64,000 nucleotides of DNA from the NCBI GenBank assembly GCA_964016885.1, contig OZ024753.1, positions 9,052,001-9,116,000 on the forward strand, in the 5' to 3' direction. The translations under genes and the position numbers were made by a program. This DNA is from Eledone cirrhosa. Taxonomy: Eukaryota. The notes under the pieces were generated by a model. It was given only the letters and a program-made list of their open reading frames with translations. It searched no databases and was not told the DNA's origin. Below are positions 37,613 through 48,500 of the stretch, piece by piece (the first letter of the stretch is position 1; each line of letters starts with the position of its first letter).

Positions 37613-39793
37613 TCTTTATATATATAAAAGCGAGGATGTGTGTGTGTCTGTGTACAACTTTGCATGCATAAGGCTTTCACAATTACCAACTGAATTTGAC
37701 CAAATTTTCTGTGCACGTTGCACATGTCGCTAAGATTGTCACATCACAAACATTTTTCAAACCGACCCACGTTGAGTAATAAAAAATCGATATCAAAATG
37801 ATCGGTAGAAAAATTGATTTAAGGGAAATAACAAACTTTATTGACAATCCTTATAAAAAAGGGAGATAACCTTTTCACCAAATATGCCTCGTAAAAGAAA
37901 GTATGCACATATTGGCTATCGGTCGAAGAAAACAATGCGTGTAAATGACGCTCCGCCGATAACCGAAAATAGACAATCACTAAATGCGGTGAGTACAGTT
38001 ATTGCAACATCTTTGTCCGCCGCTGAGCGTCGGTTAGTGCGGCGAACCAATAATGCTGAAGCAACTGCTGCAGAGCAACGTGAAACACGCCTTGCTATGG
38101 ATGCTACAGATACTGCTGCAGCAAGATCTGCAGAGACAGTACAAAAGTATGAAAGGCAGCAACTTTGCTCCCTGGTGGAAGGACGGCACATTCAGTTTTT
38201 AAATTGCCCCTTGATTTGGCAAAATTGGAAACTCCTACTTGTCATATCACCAAAAACTCCGAAAGGGCTCATCTGCTGCGAAGGTGTCACCTTATTGTTT
38301 GGGATGAGTGCACAATGGCACACAAAGGTGCTCTTGAGGCACTAGACGGGTCTTTACAAGACCTACGGGATTGCAGTGATGTTATGGGGGGTGTCACCCT
38401 TATGCTATCAGGAGACTTCAGACAGACTCTTCATATAATACCGAAAGGAACAAGAGCAGATGCGGTAAATGCATGTCTTAAGTCTTCACCATTATGGCGA
38501 CAAGTGACATCATTAAGACTAACTACCAACATGCGTGCAAGGCTGCATGGGGACCCTCTGTCATCAACATTTTCTGGAGACATTCTTACAATAGGAGATG
38601 GTAACCTATCTCCGGATACAGATGGACACATAGCAATTGATCACATCTGCAATGTAGTTGAAACTGTCTATGATCTCAAGACGAGTGTATTCCCGAACTT
38701 GCGTGATAACTATACGAATCTTTGGCTATGCAAAAGAGCCATTCTTGCACCCCAAAATATCACGGTTAGCTGTATTAATGATCAGTTTCTTCCTGGATGT
38801 CCAGGGATATATAAATCTATTGATACTGTATGTGCTCCACAGGATGCGGTCAACTATCCAGTTGAATTTCTAAATTCTTTAAATCCTCCTGGTTTACCTC
38901 CTAATACATTGGTTCTGAAAGTGGGAACGCCAGTTATTTTGCTGAGAAATATCACTCCTCCAAAACTATGCAATGGTACACGCCCTGTGGTTAAAAAACT
39001 GTCTCCTCTTAGTATTGACGCTACCATTCTATCAGGATGTGGAAAAGGTGAGGATGTGATAATAACAAAAATTAGCCTGACTACATCAGGCGTGGATACT
39101 CCATTCTCCTTTCGCCGAACCCAATTTCCCCTTCGTGTTGCCTTTGCGATGTCCATAAACAAGTCGCAAGGTGAAACTCTGTCCGTCGCTGGAATTCACT
39201 TGGATGAACCTTGCTTTTCGCACGGACAATTCTACGTTGCCTGCTCACGAGTTGGCAGTCGAGATAATCTCTTTGCGTTTGTTCCGAAAAGAAAAACAAA
39301 GAATATCGTCTATCCTGAAGTGCTTTAGTGTTAACAAAAAAACTTATTACAGCTCTGCCTTGACTTTACCTTACACATTACAAAACATACCAATGAATAT
39401 GTCATGCAGGATATTTTGGATTATAAGTTCAAAATGTAACCATACACAGCAAAGGATGCTCTCAAAGAATAGATTTTCTCTTATTCTACTCATTGTTTTT
39501 TTGTTTGTATACAACTCTGCTTTCATTACAACTTTTGGTACTTTAGCAAAACTGCCTGTTTTTTTTTTATAGATTTGCAACGTGTATTGTCTTTAATCAT
39601 TTGTATAACTACATCCTGTTCAGTGTTTTCCTTCATTATCAGCATAGTTTTATGTGTACAAAGATTGCATTAATTATTGAAGACTTCTGCTTATTTTGAC
39701 AGGTTGGGGAGAAATAATGTTCTTCTTTTACTTCCTAGCTGTATATTCTTAGCATAATTTCAAACCCTGAGCAACGCCGGGTAAATCTGCTAG
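37613..39793 (+). mobile_element. Internally deleted Helitron
   Basis: A|TC 5' end; subterminal hairpin CCCTGAGCAACGCCGGG; CTAG|T 3' end; PIF1 helicase ORF inside. Confidence 0.93.
37884..39328 (+). pseudogene. Truncated Helitron Rep/Hel: N-terminus joined out of frame to the PIF1 helicase C-terminal part
   Basis: MPRKRK...EQRETRL, then GGRTAHSVFK, IVWDECTM, GDFRQTL, LCNGTR, QFPLRVAFAMSINKSQG, FSHGQFYVACSRV, NIVYPEVL; HUH domain and Walker A absent. Confidence 0.9.
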
Positions 39794-41324
39794 TATTAAC
39801 TAAAACTAGGAAGAGTTTTAAAGAAATACAATCGACATATTTTCTGTGAATAAAAAAGAAATATGTTATTGATTCCCTACATTTTATTGTTTCTTTTCAA
39901 CACGTGCTCTGTGTATTTCATTAGGAATACGGTAAGAAGGGACTTCCTCTAGATAGGACGCCAGTCGATTGCAAGGTTAAAGTATGTCTCAAACCCGGAG
40001 GCTCATTGGACCGGTGCTTAGTCGGCTGAAAATATAGGAACCTGACCTACTGGAGCCACATGAAATGAAGTGTTTTGCTCAAGAACACAACACGATCAAG
40101 GAATTGATCTTATCACATATGATCGTAACCACTATGGGAAGAAATACTGAAGTATGTGACAAGACTGACTCAATTACAGGTACAGTCTATCTTACAGGCT
40201 TCCAGAGAGATTCTATCTACTAAATGTCACTCACAGGACATTTAGAAACTCAGTGCGCATGTTCCAAGTATCCTGGCCATACTACAGCACCATCTAAACA
40301 GCCTGGCCATACTACAGCATTATCTAAACAGCCCGGACATGCTACAGCACTAGAAGTTAATCTATAATTACGAAGATACGTAATTCTCAGGGAGATCTTA
40401 CGATCTTTGATCTCAATCTTGAAAGAAACATTTAAATCCACTGAAAGATTTGCTAAAGACATCAGAGCTGTTAAGGGAACACTAGGAAAAGTTTTTTAAA
40501 AAATATACACTAAATATATTCTCTGTGAATAAAAAAGAAACATGTTAAATTTTATTATTATTTTATTAATCCCTACATTTGGTTGGTACCTCCTGGACAG
40601 GGCGCCTTGTCCATCGCAGGGTTAACTCTACAGCCGAGTCTACTGGAGCAACGTGAAATAAAATAAACACAACACCCAACCCAGTCCAGGAATCGAACCC
40701 ACCTACCCCTAATGACGATATTATGAAGGGAACTAAAAACAGTTTACCCAGAATACATCAACATAAACTAAGATTCCACATTATAATGGCCTGACCCACC
40801 GGGTTATTTAAAACCAGTTTATATATATATATATAGATGTTAGTGTATGTGCCGGGCCGGACCCTTTTGTTAAAACACCAGACAAACGTCATATGTGAAG
40901 CACCCCCCGTAGAACGAACATATCGAGGGTTAAAGTGCTTTAAAAACTGAAATTAATTTACAACACTTTTAGATAATATTTAGCAACAATTATCTAAGAC
41001 CGATTTATATCTATATATATGGCACACATTTTATCAGGGTTTAAACAACTCTTGGACGCGCTGGGAGAAGTTGTTGAGGAATCTGCTTTTACGACCCTCT
41101 CAGGAATATGTGTGCGGGGATTGGGTAATTGGACCCTATCTTTAAAACACCAGAGAAAACCTCATAGGAGACACCCCCGTAGAATCTGCTCCAGAATACA
41201 AAATTAATTTGCAAGTTTCAGAAAATGTTTAACATTGCTGAAGTATCGAATGGACAATTTGCAGTCTTTCATCTCAATCTTGAAAGAAACATTTAAATAC
41301 ATCGAAAATATTTGCTAAAGACAA

Positions 41325-43175
41325 CTGGCTGCCAAGATGATCTGCAAGTCCGTCACACACGAACTGGGTGAGGAGTTTAGTCCGGTGCAACTGGGTGTTG
41401 GCGTCTCCGGTGGCCGCTCATGCAACCAGGCAGTTCTTCAGCAGCTGCCCATCGGTACCGCCATCCAGGGACTCCAGGCACCTCATTGTCAAGCTTGACA
41501 TGAGGTATGCCTTCAACTCTTTACGCCAGGATCATCTGCTCGAGGCCTGCCTCAGCCGAGCCCCCTCTTCCTGGCCTACCTGTCATATGGAGCCCCGAGC
41601 ATTCTCCTAGCTGCTGATACGGTTATACCTTCGGCTACTGGGGTCCAACAGGGTGACCCTTTGGGACCCCTCCTGTTCGCCCTTGGTATTGACCACATCG
41701 CCTGGAGTATCACGGCCCTTCTGAACGTTTGGTATCTGGATGATGCTACGTTGGGCGGGCCCATACGGACGGTCTGTCATGACCTTCAATCGGTGGTTCC
41801 TGTCCTGGTGGGAATCGGCCTCCAGGTCAACTCGGAGGTGGTGAACGTCAGCCTCGATGCTGCGAGCTTTGCAGCCTCCGTCTTGGACGTGTGATCCATT
41901 CTCCGCAAGGTTCAGGTGACCCCAAAGAGGATGTCCTCATCCTCGGGTCACCGATCCACCATCAAGTCCAGGCTTCAACAGCTCCAGACTCTCACGAGCC
42001 GACTGAGCTTGATTGACGGCCACCCAGCTCTCTTTCTGCTGAGGAACTGCTTCGCCATGCCGAATCTCCTCTATACACTCTGCAACGCTCCATGCTACAC
42101 CCAGACATCTCTCCTCGCAGACCTTGATATTTGTATCCGAGTAGCAGCCGAGGGGATATGCAACGTCAAGCTTGACGACATAGGGTGGCAACAGGCCACT
42201 TTACCTGTCAGGTATGGCGGCCTTGGCCTCTGGTCCCCGATCTCACTAGCTTTGCCAGCGTATCTTTCGTTGGTAACTCGTGCCGCGTCCTCAACAGCAG
42301 GGTTCTTCAAAACACAACTGAACCCTCTGTGTTCAGAGAACATGAGACCGGCTGGGACTTAGCCCAGTAGGCGTCCCTCCTCCTTCTCCCCCTGTTGTCG
42401 TCAAGTCCCCCCAACGCACTTGGGATGCCATCCAGTGCAGCCTGGCCTCAGAAAGGCTCACGCGCCAGCTCAACCAGCACCGCCTTGCTTGTTTTCGTGC
42501 GGCCTCCAAACCCCATAGTGGTGCCTGGCTTCATGCCTTGCCCTCCTTCTCCACTGGCACGCAGCTAGACAACCATAGTCTGCGCATCGGCGTTTCCCTG
42601 AGGCTCGGCCTCTGGATCTGCCAGCCACACCAAAGTCGCTGCGGTTCCACCGTGGACTCTTTCGGCCTCCACCCGCTTTCCTGTCGCCACAGTGCCGGCG
42701 GCATTCCACGTCATGCTGCCCTCAACGAGGTCATTAAGCATGGCTTGGACGCTGCAGGCTTCCCTTCCCAGCTCGAGCCGGTGGGGCTGGATCGAGGGGA
42801 CGGCAAAAAGCCAGATGTCATGACAATCTTCCCGTTCCGTGGTGGCAAACCCCTCGTCTGGGATGCCACTTGCACCGACACTTTCTGCAGCCGCAACCTG
42901 CGACTGACCCAGGTTCTGCTGCACATCGGGCTGAAGGGACCAAACTCCTCAAATACCGGCTGCTCTCCGACAGGTTTGCGGTCGTACACCTGGCAGTGGA
43001 GACTTCTGGTGCCCTCGGCCCCAGGGCTACCTCCTTACTCACCACCATAGGTGCTGAGCTGGCCAGCCCCAGGTGTGAGCCCCGCGAGTTGGAGTGGCTT
43101 TTCCAGCGCGTCTCCATTGCTGTCCTCTGGGGGAAACGCTTTCTTCATTGTCCGCCAGGGATGTGGGTGGGCCCC
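41325..43175 (+). pseudogene. Decayed CRE-clade retrotransposon, copy 2 (opposite orientation)
   Basis: LIVKLDMRYAFNS, GVQQGDPLGPLLF, WYLDDATLGG, QATLPVRYGGLGL, zinc-knuckle C..RCGSTVDSFGLHPLSC, KKPD..VWDATC, LFQRVSIA. Confidence 0.9.
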
Positions 43176-43906
43176 ATCACGTACCGTTGTAGTTATGGTA
43201 TACAGATTTTGCCATCATTATTATTATTGTCTTTCTGTCTAGCCCTGAATTAGATCCCGTCATTATACTAGCATCCTAGCTTAAAATCCAAAACCTTTCT
43301 TAACTTATTTACTGAGCTGTTACAGGGAAAACTAGGAAGAGTTTTAAAAAAATAATGTAAGAAGCCAGGCTGTACTACGGCATCATCTAACAAGCCAGGC
43401 CATGCTACAGCACCATCTTAAACAGCCAGGCTATGCTACAGCACTATTACCGAGTGCATTTTTATTGGAACACCAGCACTAATGAGGTTGCCATGTCTTC
43501 GATATAGCAGGAGAGTCCCCCTGACCCCATATTTGGAGGGATGCCTTTACGAAAACCACTTTACTGACTTTACTAAGTGATACCAACACTAGGGTGGTTG
43601 TCATGTATTTGATACAGTTGAAGGGTCCTCCTTGTTTCTGTTTTGGGCTCAAAGCTAACAATTTTTGGGGAGGGGAAAGTTGATTAACTCGACCCCAGTG
43701 CATTATTGTATGCTTACCTGGCAGGTGCTTAGGTATATTGTGCGCTGGGGTTAGCCCCTCTAGGTGTGTCGTCTTACCCTTCTCCCAGTTGTACCTATCA
43801 TTCTCCTGAGAATAACTGTTTCTACTTTTGGCACAACGCCAGAAATTTCCCCAGTTCATTACTGGTGTTTTATTTTATTAAAGTTAACCAATGATGAACA
43901 TAAAGA

Positions 43907-44060
43907 TGGTGCATGGCTTAGTAGTTAGAGTATTGGGCTTGCAATTGAAAAGTTGTGAGTTCAATTCTCGGACCGGGTGATGTGTTGTTTCCTTGAGCAA
44001 GACACTTTATTTCACGTTGCTCCAGTTTACTCAGCTGTAGAGATGAGATGATAGGGACTG
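43907..44060 (+). mobile_element. CORE-like SINE, 5' half
   Basis: Boxes A and B plus core. Confidence 0.85.
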
Positions 44061-44297
44061 ATATGAATTTACAACTGTTTTAGTTTTTACGTATGATTCA
44101 GCTGAAAATGAGTACCAGCAATAAGTGGAGGGTTAATCCTGTGATGGACTAGCACCCTGTCCAGGGGAGAGTCTTGTACTCTGTCACTTTAGGGGATAAG
44201 CTTCTGAGCTTGTGACAGACAAGAGAACCTCCACATACTTTAGGGATTTAAGGCCACAAGACAATTGCTGACTAAATAACAATTATTAAATTGTGAA

Positions 44298-44488
44298 TGG
44301 CGGTGGATTGGCAGTATCGGTAGAGGGTCGGACGCCATGCTTTGATGCATAGAGTTACGGCCCTTGCTATTCTGAGTTCAAATCCCGCCGAGGTTAACTT
44401 TGCCTTTCATCCTTACGGGGTCGATAAAATAAAGTACCAGTAATGTACTGGGTAATTTCTGGCCTTGTGCCAATAGTAGAAACAATTA
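44298..44488 (+). mobile_element. Nin/Deu-like SINE with TSD
   Basis: Full head to tail; ATTAAATTGTGA repeated on both sides. Confidence 0.9.
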
Positions 44489-45009
44489 AATTGTGATTAC
44501 AGTTTTAGAAAATATTTAGCACTGCTGAAGTATTGAACCAATGTTTCGAACTTTGGACAAGCGCCATCCCAACCTAATCATGGGTGATGTCTTGGCTGCA
44601 GTCAGAGTGGTTGCCTCGGAGGACACTGGCCTCCGACCCACTGAGGAAGTCATGGTCATCAGCAATCAACAATTTACGGTCTTTGATATCAATCTTAAAA
44701 GAAACATTTAAATCCACCAAAAGATTTGCTAAAGACATCAGAGCTGTTACAGGGAAAACTAGGAACAGTTTTAAAACAAAATACACTGTGAATAAAAAAG
44801 AAACATGTTGAATTTTATTATTATTTTATTAATCCCTACATTTTATTGTTTATTTTCAATATTAATTTTGTGAATAAAAAACAAACACAGGTTTTTCATG
44901 TTTTAATAATATAATAATAGTGGTTAAGTAAATATATTCTACATGCCCTCGCCATAAACAAAACTTAAGGGTCAGTCTGTCTCGGACGTAAAATGATGAT
45001 GATGATGAA

Positions 45010-45212
45010 AGAAGTGCAAAGAAATCCCAGTAGAAGGAAGACGCAGTAGAGGAAGACCACGAAAAACATGGGCAGAGGTGGTGAGAGCAGACCTCAGATC
45101 GCTGAAACTCTCAGAGGAGATGACGAAGGACCCTGACAAGTGGAGTGGCGCTGTGTTGAATAGGACCCATCCCGCCCTTGAAAGCAGGGAAAAGCAGACG
45201 TAAAATGATGAT
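45010..45212 (+). mobile_element. RTE LINE 3' end
   Basis: RGRPRKTWAEVVRADL followed by the family tail. Confidence 0.85.
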
Positions 45213-45247
45213 ATATATATATATATACCTCTCTCTCTATATATATA

Positions 45248-45915
45248 TCATCATCATCATCATCAACGTTTAACGTCCGTGTTCCACGCTTGCATGGGTT
45301 TGGACGGGGGTTTTCCCACTTGAGGCAAGAGTGATTGTCTTGCTCGCATAGGACTGTCTGGCGGGTTTTCTACAGCTGGATGCCCTTCCTAACACCAACC
45401 ACATTTACAGTGTGGGACTGGGAGGTTTTTACCGTGTTGCCTACACGGCCACATTACAGCGTGGACTGTCTGGCAGGTTTTCTACAGCTGGATGCCCTTC
45501 CTAACACCAACCACATTTACAGTGTGGGACTGGGAGGTTTTTACCGTGTTGCCTACACGGCCACATTACAGCGTGGACTGTCTGGCAGGTTTTCTACAGC
45601 TGGATGCCCTTCCTAACACCAACCACATTTACAGTGTGGGACTGGGAGGTTTTTACCGTGTTGCCTACACGGCCACATTACAGCGTGGACTGTCTGGCAG
45701 GTTTTCTACAGCTGGATGCCCTTCCTAACACCAACCACATTTACAGTGTGGGACTGGGAGGTTTTTACCGTGTTGCCTACACGGCCACATTACAGCGTGG
45801 ACTGTCTGGCAGGTTTTCTACAGCTGGATGCCCTTCCTAACACCAACCACATTTACAGTGTGGGCCTGGGAGGTTTTTACCGTGTTGCCTACACGGCCAC
45901 ATTACAGCGTGAACT
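45248..45915 (-). repeat. RTE-tailed short retroposon containing five tandem 112 bp units
   Basis: (CAT)n tail, then the unit GGACTGTCTGGC...CATTACAGCGT five times. Confidence 0.9.
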
Positions 45916-45918
45916 CTC

Positions 45919-45958
<40 letters not shown>

Positions 45959-46374
45959 CATATACATGCAAACAATGCTTTGTCATATGTGAAACTATTA
46001 AGCTGAGTTAAAATACAAAAGAAAAGTTTGGATGTTAATGGAGTTTATATATACATGTGTGTATACATATATATATATACATACATATGTGGATATATGT
46101 TTGTGTGTGTGTGTATTAGTAAATAATTCATATCTAAAATATACTTTTACAGCTTTATATACCGTAATATAAATATATTGTTAAAATATCTCAACACAGA
46201 AACTGGTAAAAGTCTATTTTATTTATAACTTACAATGTTTACTTCTTATTTTGGCTGAACAACAACTTCATTAATATATATAAGATTTTCTATATATAAA
46301 TATATATACTATCTCTAGCAGATAGCTAGTGTATATATATACAATAAATGGAAACTATATTTATAAAACCATAT

Positions 46375-46440
46375 TTATTTTATTATATATATTTCAAGGG
46401 TACCAAGACAACATTGGTACGCTCTCATCAGATAAAATAC
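46375..46440 (-). ncRNA. Type-I hammerhead ribozyme
   Basis: Minus strand: tattttat-CTGATGA-gagcgtaccaa-loop-ttggtaccctt-GAAA-tatata-TA-ataaaata. Confidence 0.8.
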
Positions 46441-46621
46441 AAAGTTTGTTTTATAAATAGAGACATACCCATGAAAATCATACCTTATCGGTTGGAAATT
46501 AAAACTGTTGAGTGTTCTAAATCAGTTATAAACATTTATATTTGTTGGACTTCTAACAAATTAAATACACTTTCTACTTATATATATATATATTTATATT
46601 TTTCTCGGTGCAATACTTGCT

Positions 46622-46653
<32 letters not shown>

Positions 46654-46764
46654 TGTGTATATATGTATATATATATATATATATGTATGTTATTTTATCC
46701 AGGAAAAACTTGAACCGTTAAGGTATTTTTTCTTGGTTATGTCAATATTTACAAAACCAACTTT

Positions 46765-46826
46765 GTATTTTATCTGATGAGAGCGTACCAAAGATTTGGT
46801 ACCCTTGAAATATATATAATAGAATA
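46765..46826 (+). ncRNA. Type-I hammerhead ribozyme (inverted copy)
   Basis: tattttat-CTGATGA-gagcgtaccaa-agat-ttggtaccctt-GAAA-tatata-TA-atagaata. Confidence 0.8.
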
Positions 46827-46907
46827 AATATGCTTTTATAAATATATATATATATATATATAACTATTACTTCAAAATATTAATAGAGACATTCATGTGA
46901 TAAAATA

Positions 46908-46973
46908 TATTTTATTATACATATTTCAGAGATACTGAGCTATTTTAACAGTACGTCCTCATCAGATAAAATA
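46908..46973 (-). ncRNA. Type-I hammerhead ribozyme with a different stem II
   Basis: Minus strand: tattttat-CTGATGA-ggacgtactg-loop-cagtatctct-GAAA-tatgta-TA-ataaaata. Confidence 0.72.
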
Positions 46974-47309
46974 AGTTGATGCCTGACATACCTTGACTAT
47001 GTTGATGGCTATAATTTAGTCATGGCAGTCATGTCTATATTTATTAATATTTTGAAGTAATATTAATAACTCCAGAAAACCTTACTGTAGAGTGCTTATA
47101 ATCTATTGTGAAACTTTATTCATTGATGAATTCATTGAACCTTGTTAAACTTTTAATTATATATATATATCTATATCTATATCCAAAATTAAGATAAATC
47201 AAAATGAATTTAATCTAAATCAAAATTATGGGTGTCATGCCAGAAAGACATGCGCCATATCACCCGCAAAATAAGCTCTAAGACTCTAACGAATAGGTCC
47301 GAGCATTTT

Positions 47310-47806
47310 ATAATAACTAGAAATTAATTAACATGAAATAAACATGAATAATCACAGGAGATAATGTTTACAAGTGTGTAACCACACATAGCTAGGTAGG
47401 TAACTAAATAAAGTTAACCAGAACTTCAAAAATAGATACCTTATAATATGATTAATCTTCCCTGTATATATTCCATTAAAGAAATATATTTCACCAATTA
47501 ATCGAATGGTAAACCACGGATGCCGATACTTGGATTTTCAACAAGGAAGAAGTTTCAGCGATCTATGTTTACACATCAAGTTCAAATCAGCGACTGGCCA
47601 GCAACACGTGCTGTATCTACTAGAAATACACACATCGTACTAGCTTCGTCCCAGTGGCGTGAATAGGGTTATCAACAACTAGAAACAGCAGTTAAGTCCT
47701 TGGTTAACTTTATTTAGTTACGTACCTAGCTATGTGTGCTTACACACTTGTAAAAATTATCTCCTGTGATTATTCAGGTTTATTTATATGTTAATCAATT
47801 TCTAGT

Positions 47807-47812
<6 letters not shown>
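47310..47812. repeat. ~110 bp inverted repeats around a ~280 bp spacer
   Basis: 47310-47420 is the reverse complement of 47700-47812; ends next to a TA run. Confidence 0.85.
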
Positions 47813-47862
<50 letters not shown>

Positions 47863-48117
47863 ATCAAAAGATGGTTATATTATGTATACTCCAGTCCTAC
47901 AAACTGTAGAGTGCTTCTTATCCGATATCTGCATTGCTTTATTGTACTACAATAAAACTCACCTCCTACATATATATATATATATTCTACAGTTGAAAGT
48001 ATGGGTGCTTGTGTGTGAATTTTATAAAAATATTTCATGCAATAGAATGTGCCTATATATATATATCATCATCATCATTTTACGTCCGCTTTTTCCTGCT
48101 TGCAAGGGTGGGACAGA

Positions 48118-48123
48118 AATATA

Positions 48124-48157
<34 letters not shown>

Positions 48158-48333
48158 CACATATCTGTGTGTGCGTCCGTCCATTTATATATATATGTGT
48201 GTGTATGCGTCCGTCCATTTATATTTATATGTGTGTGTGTATCCGTCCATTTATATATATATATATATGTGTGTGTGTGCGTCTTTCCATTTATATATAT
48301 ATATATATGTGTGTGTGTGTGCGTCTGTCCATT

Positions 48334-48367
<34 letters not shown>

Positions 48368-48417
48368 CGTCTGTCCATTTATATATATATATATGTGTGT
48401 GTGTGCGTCTTTCCATT

Positions 48418-48455
<38 letters not shown>

Positions 48456-48500
48456 CGTCTGTCCATTTATATATATATGTGTGAGTGCGTCCGTCCATTT
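48118..48500. repeat. (TA)n(TG)n-GCGTCCGTCCATT compound minisatellite
   Basis: About eight variable units next to the LINE tail. Confidence 0.9.

Noticed and set aside
38165-39328. Host PIF1 gene
   Set aside because: Lies within Helitron termini, has no introns and lacks Walker A
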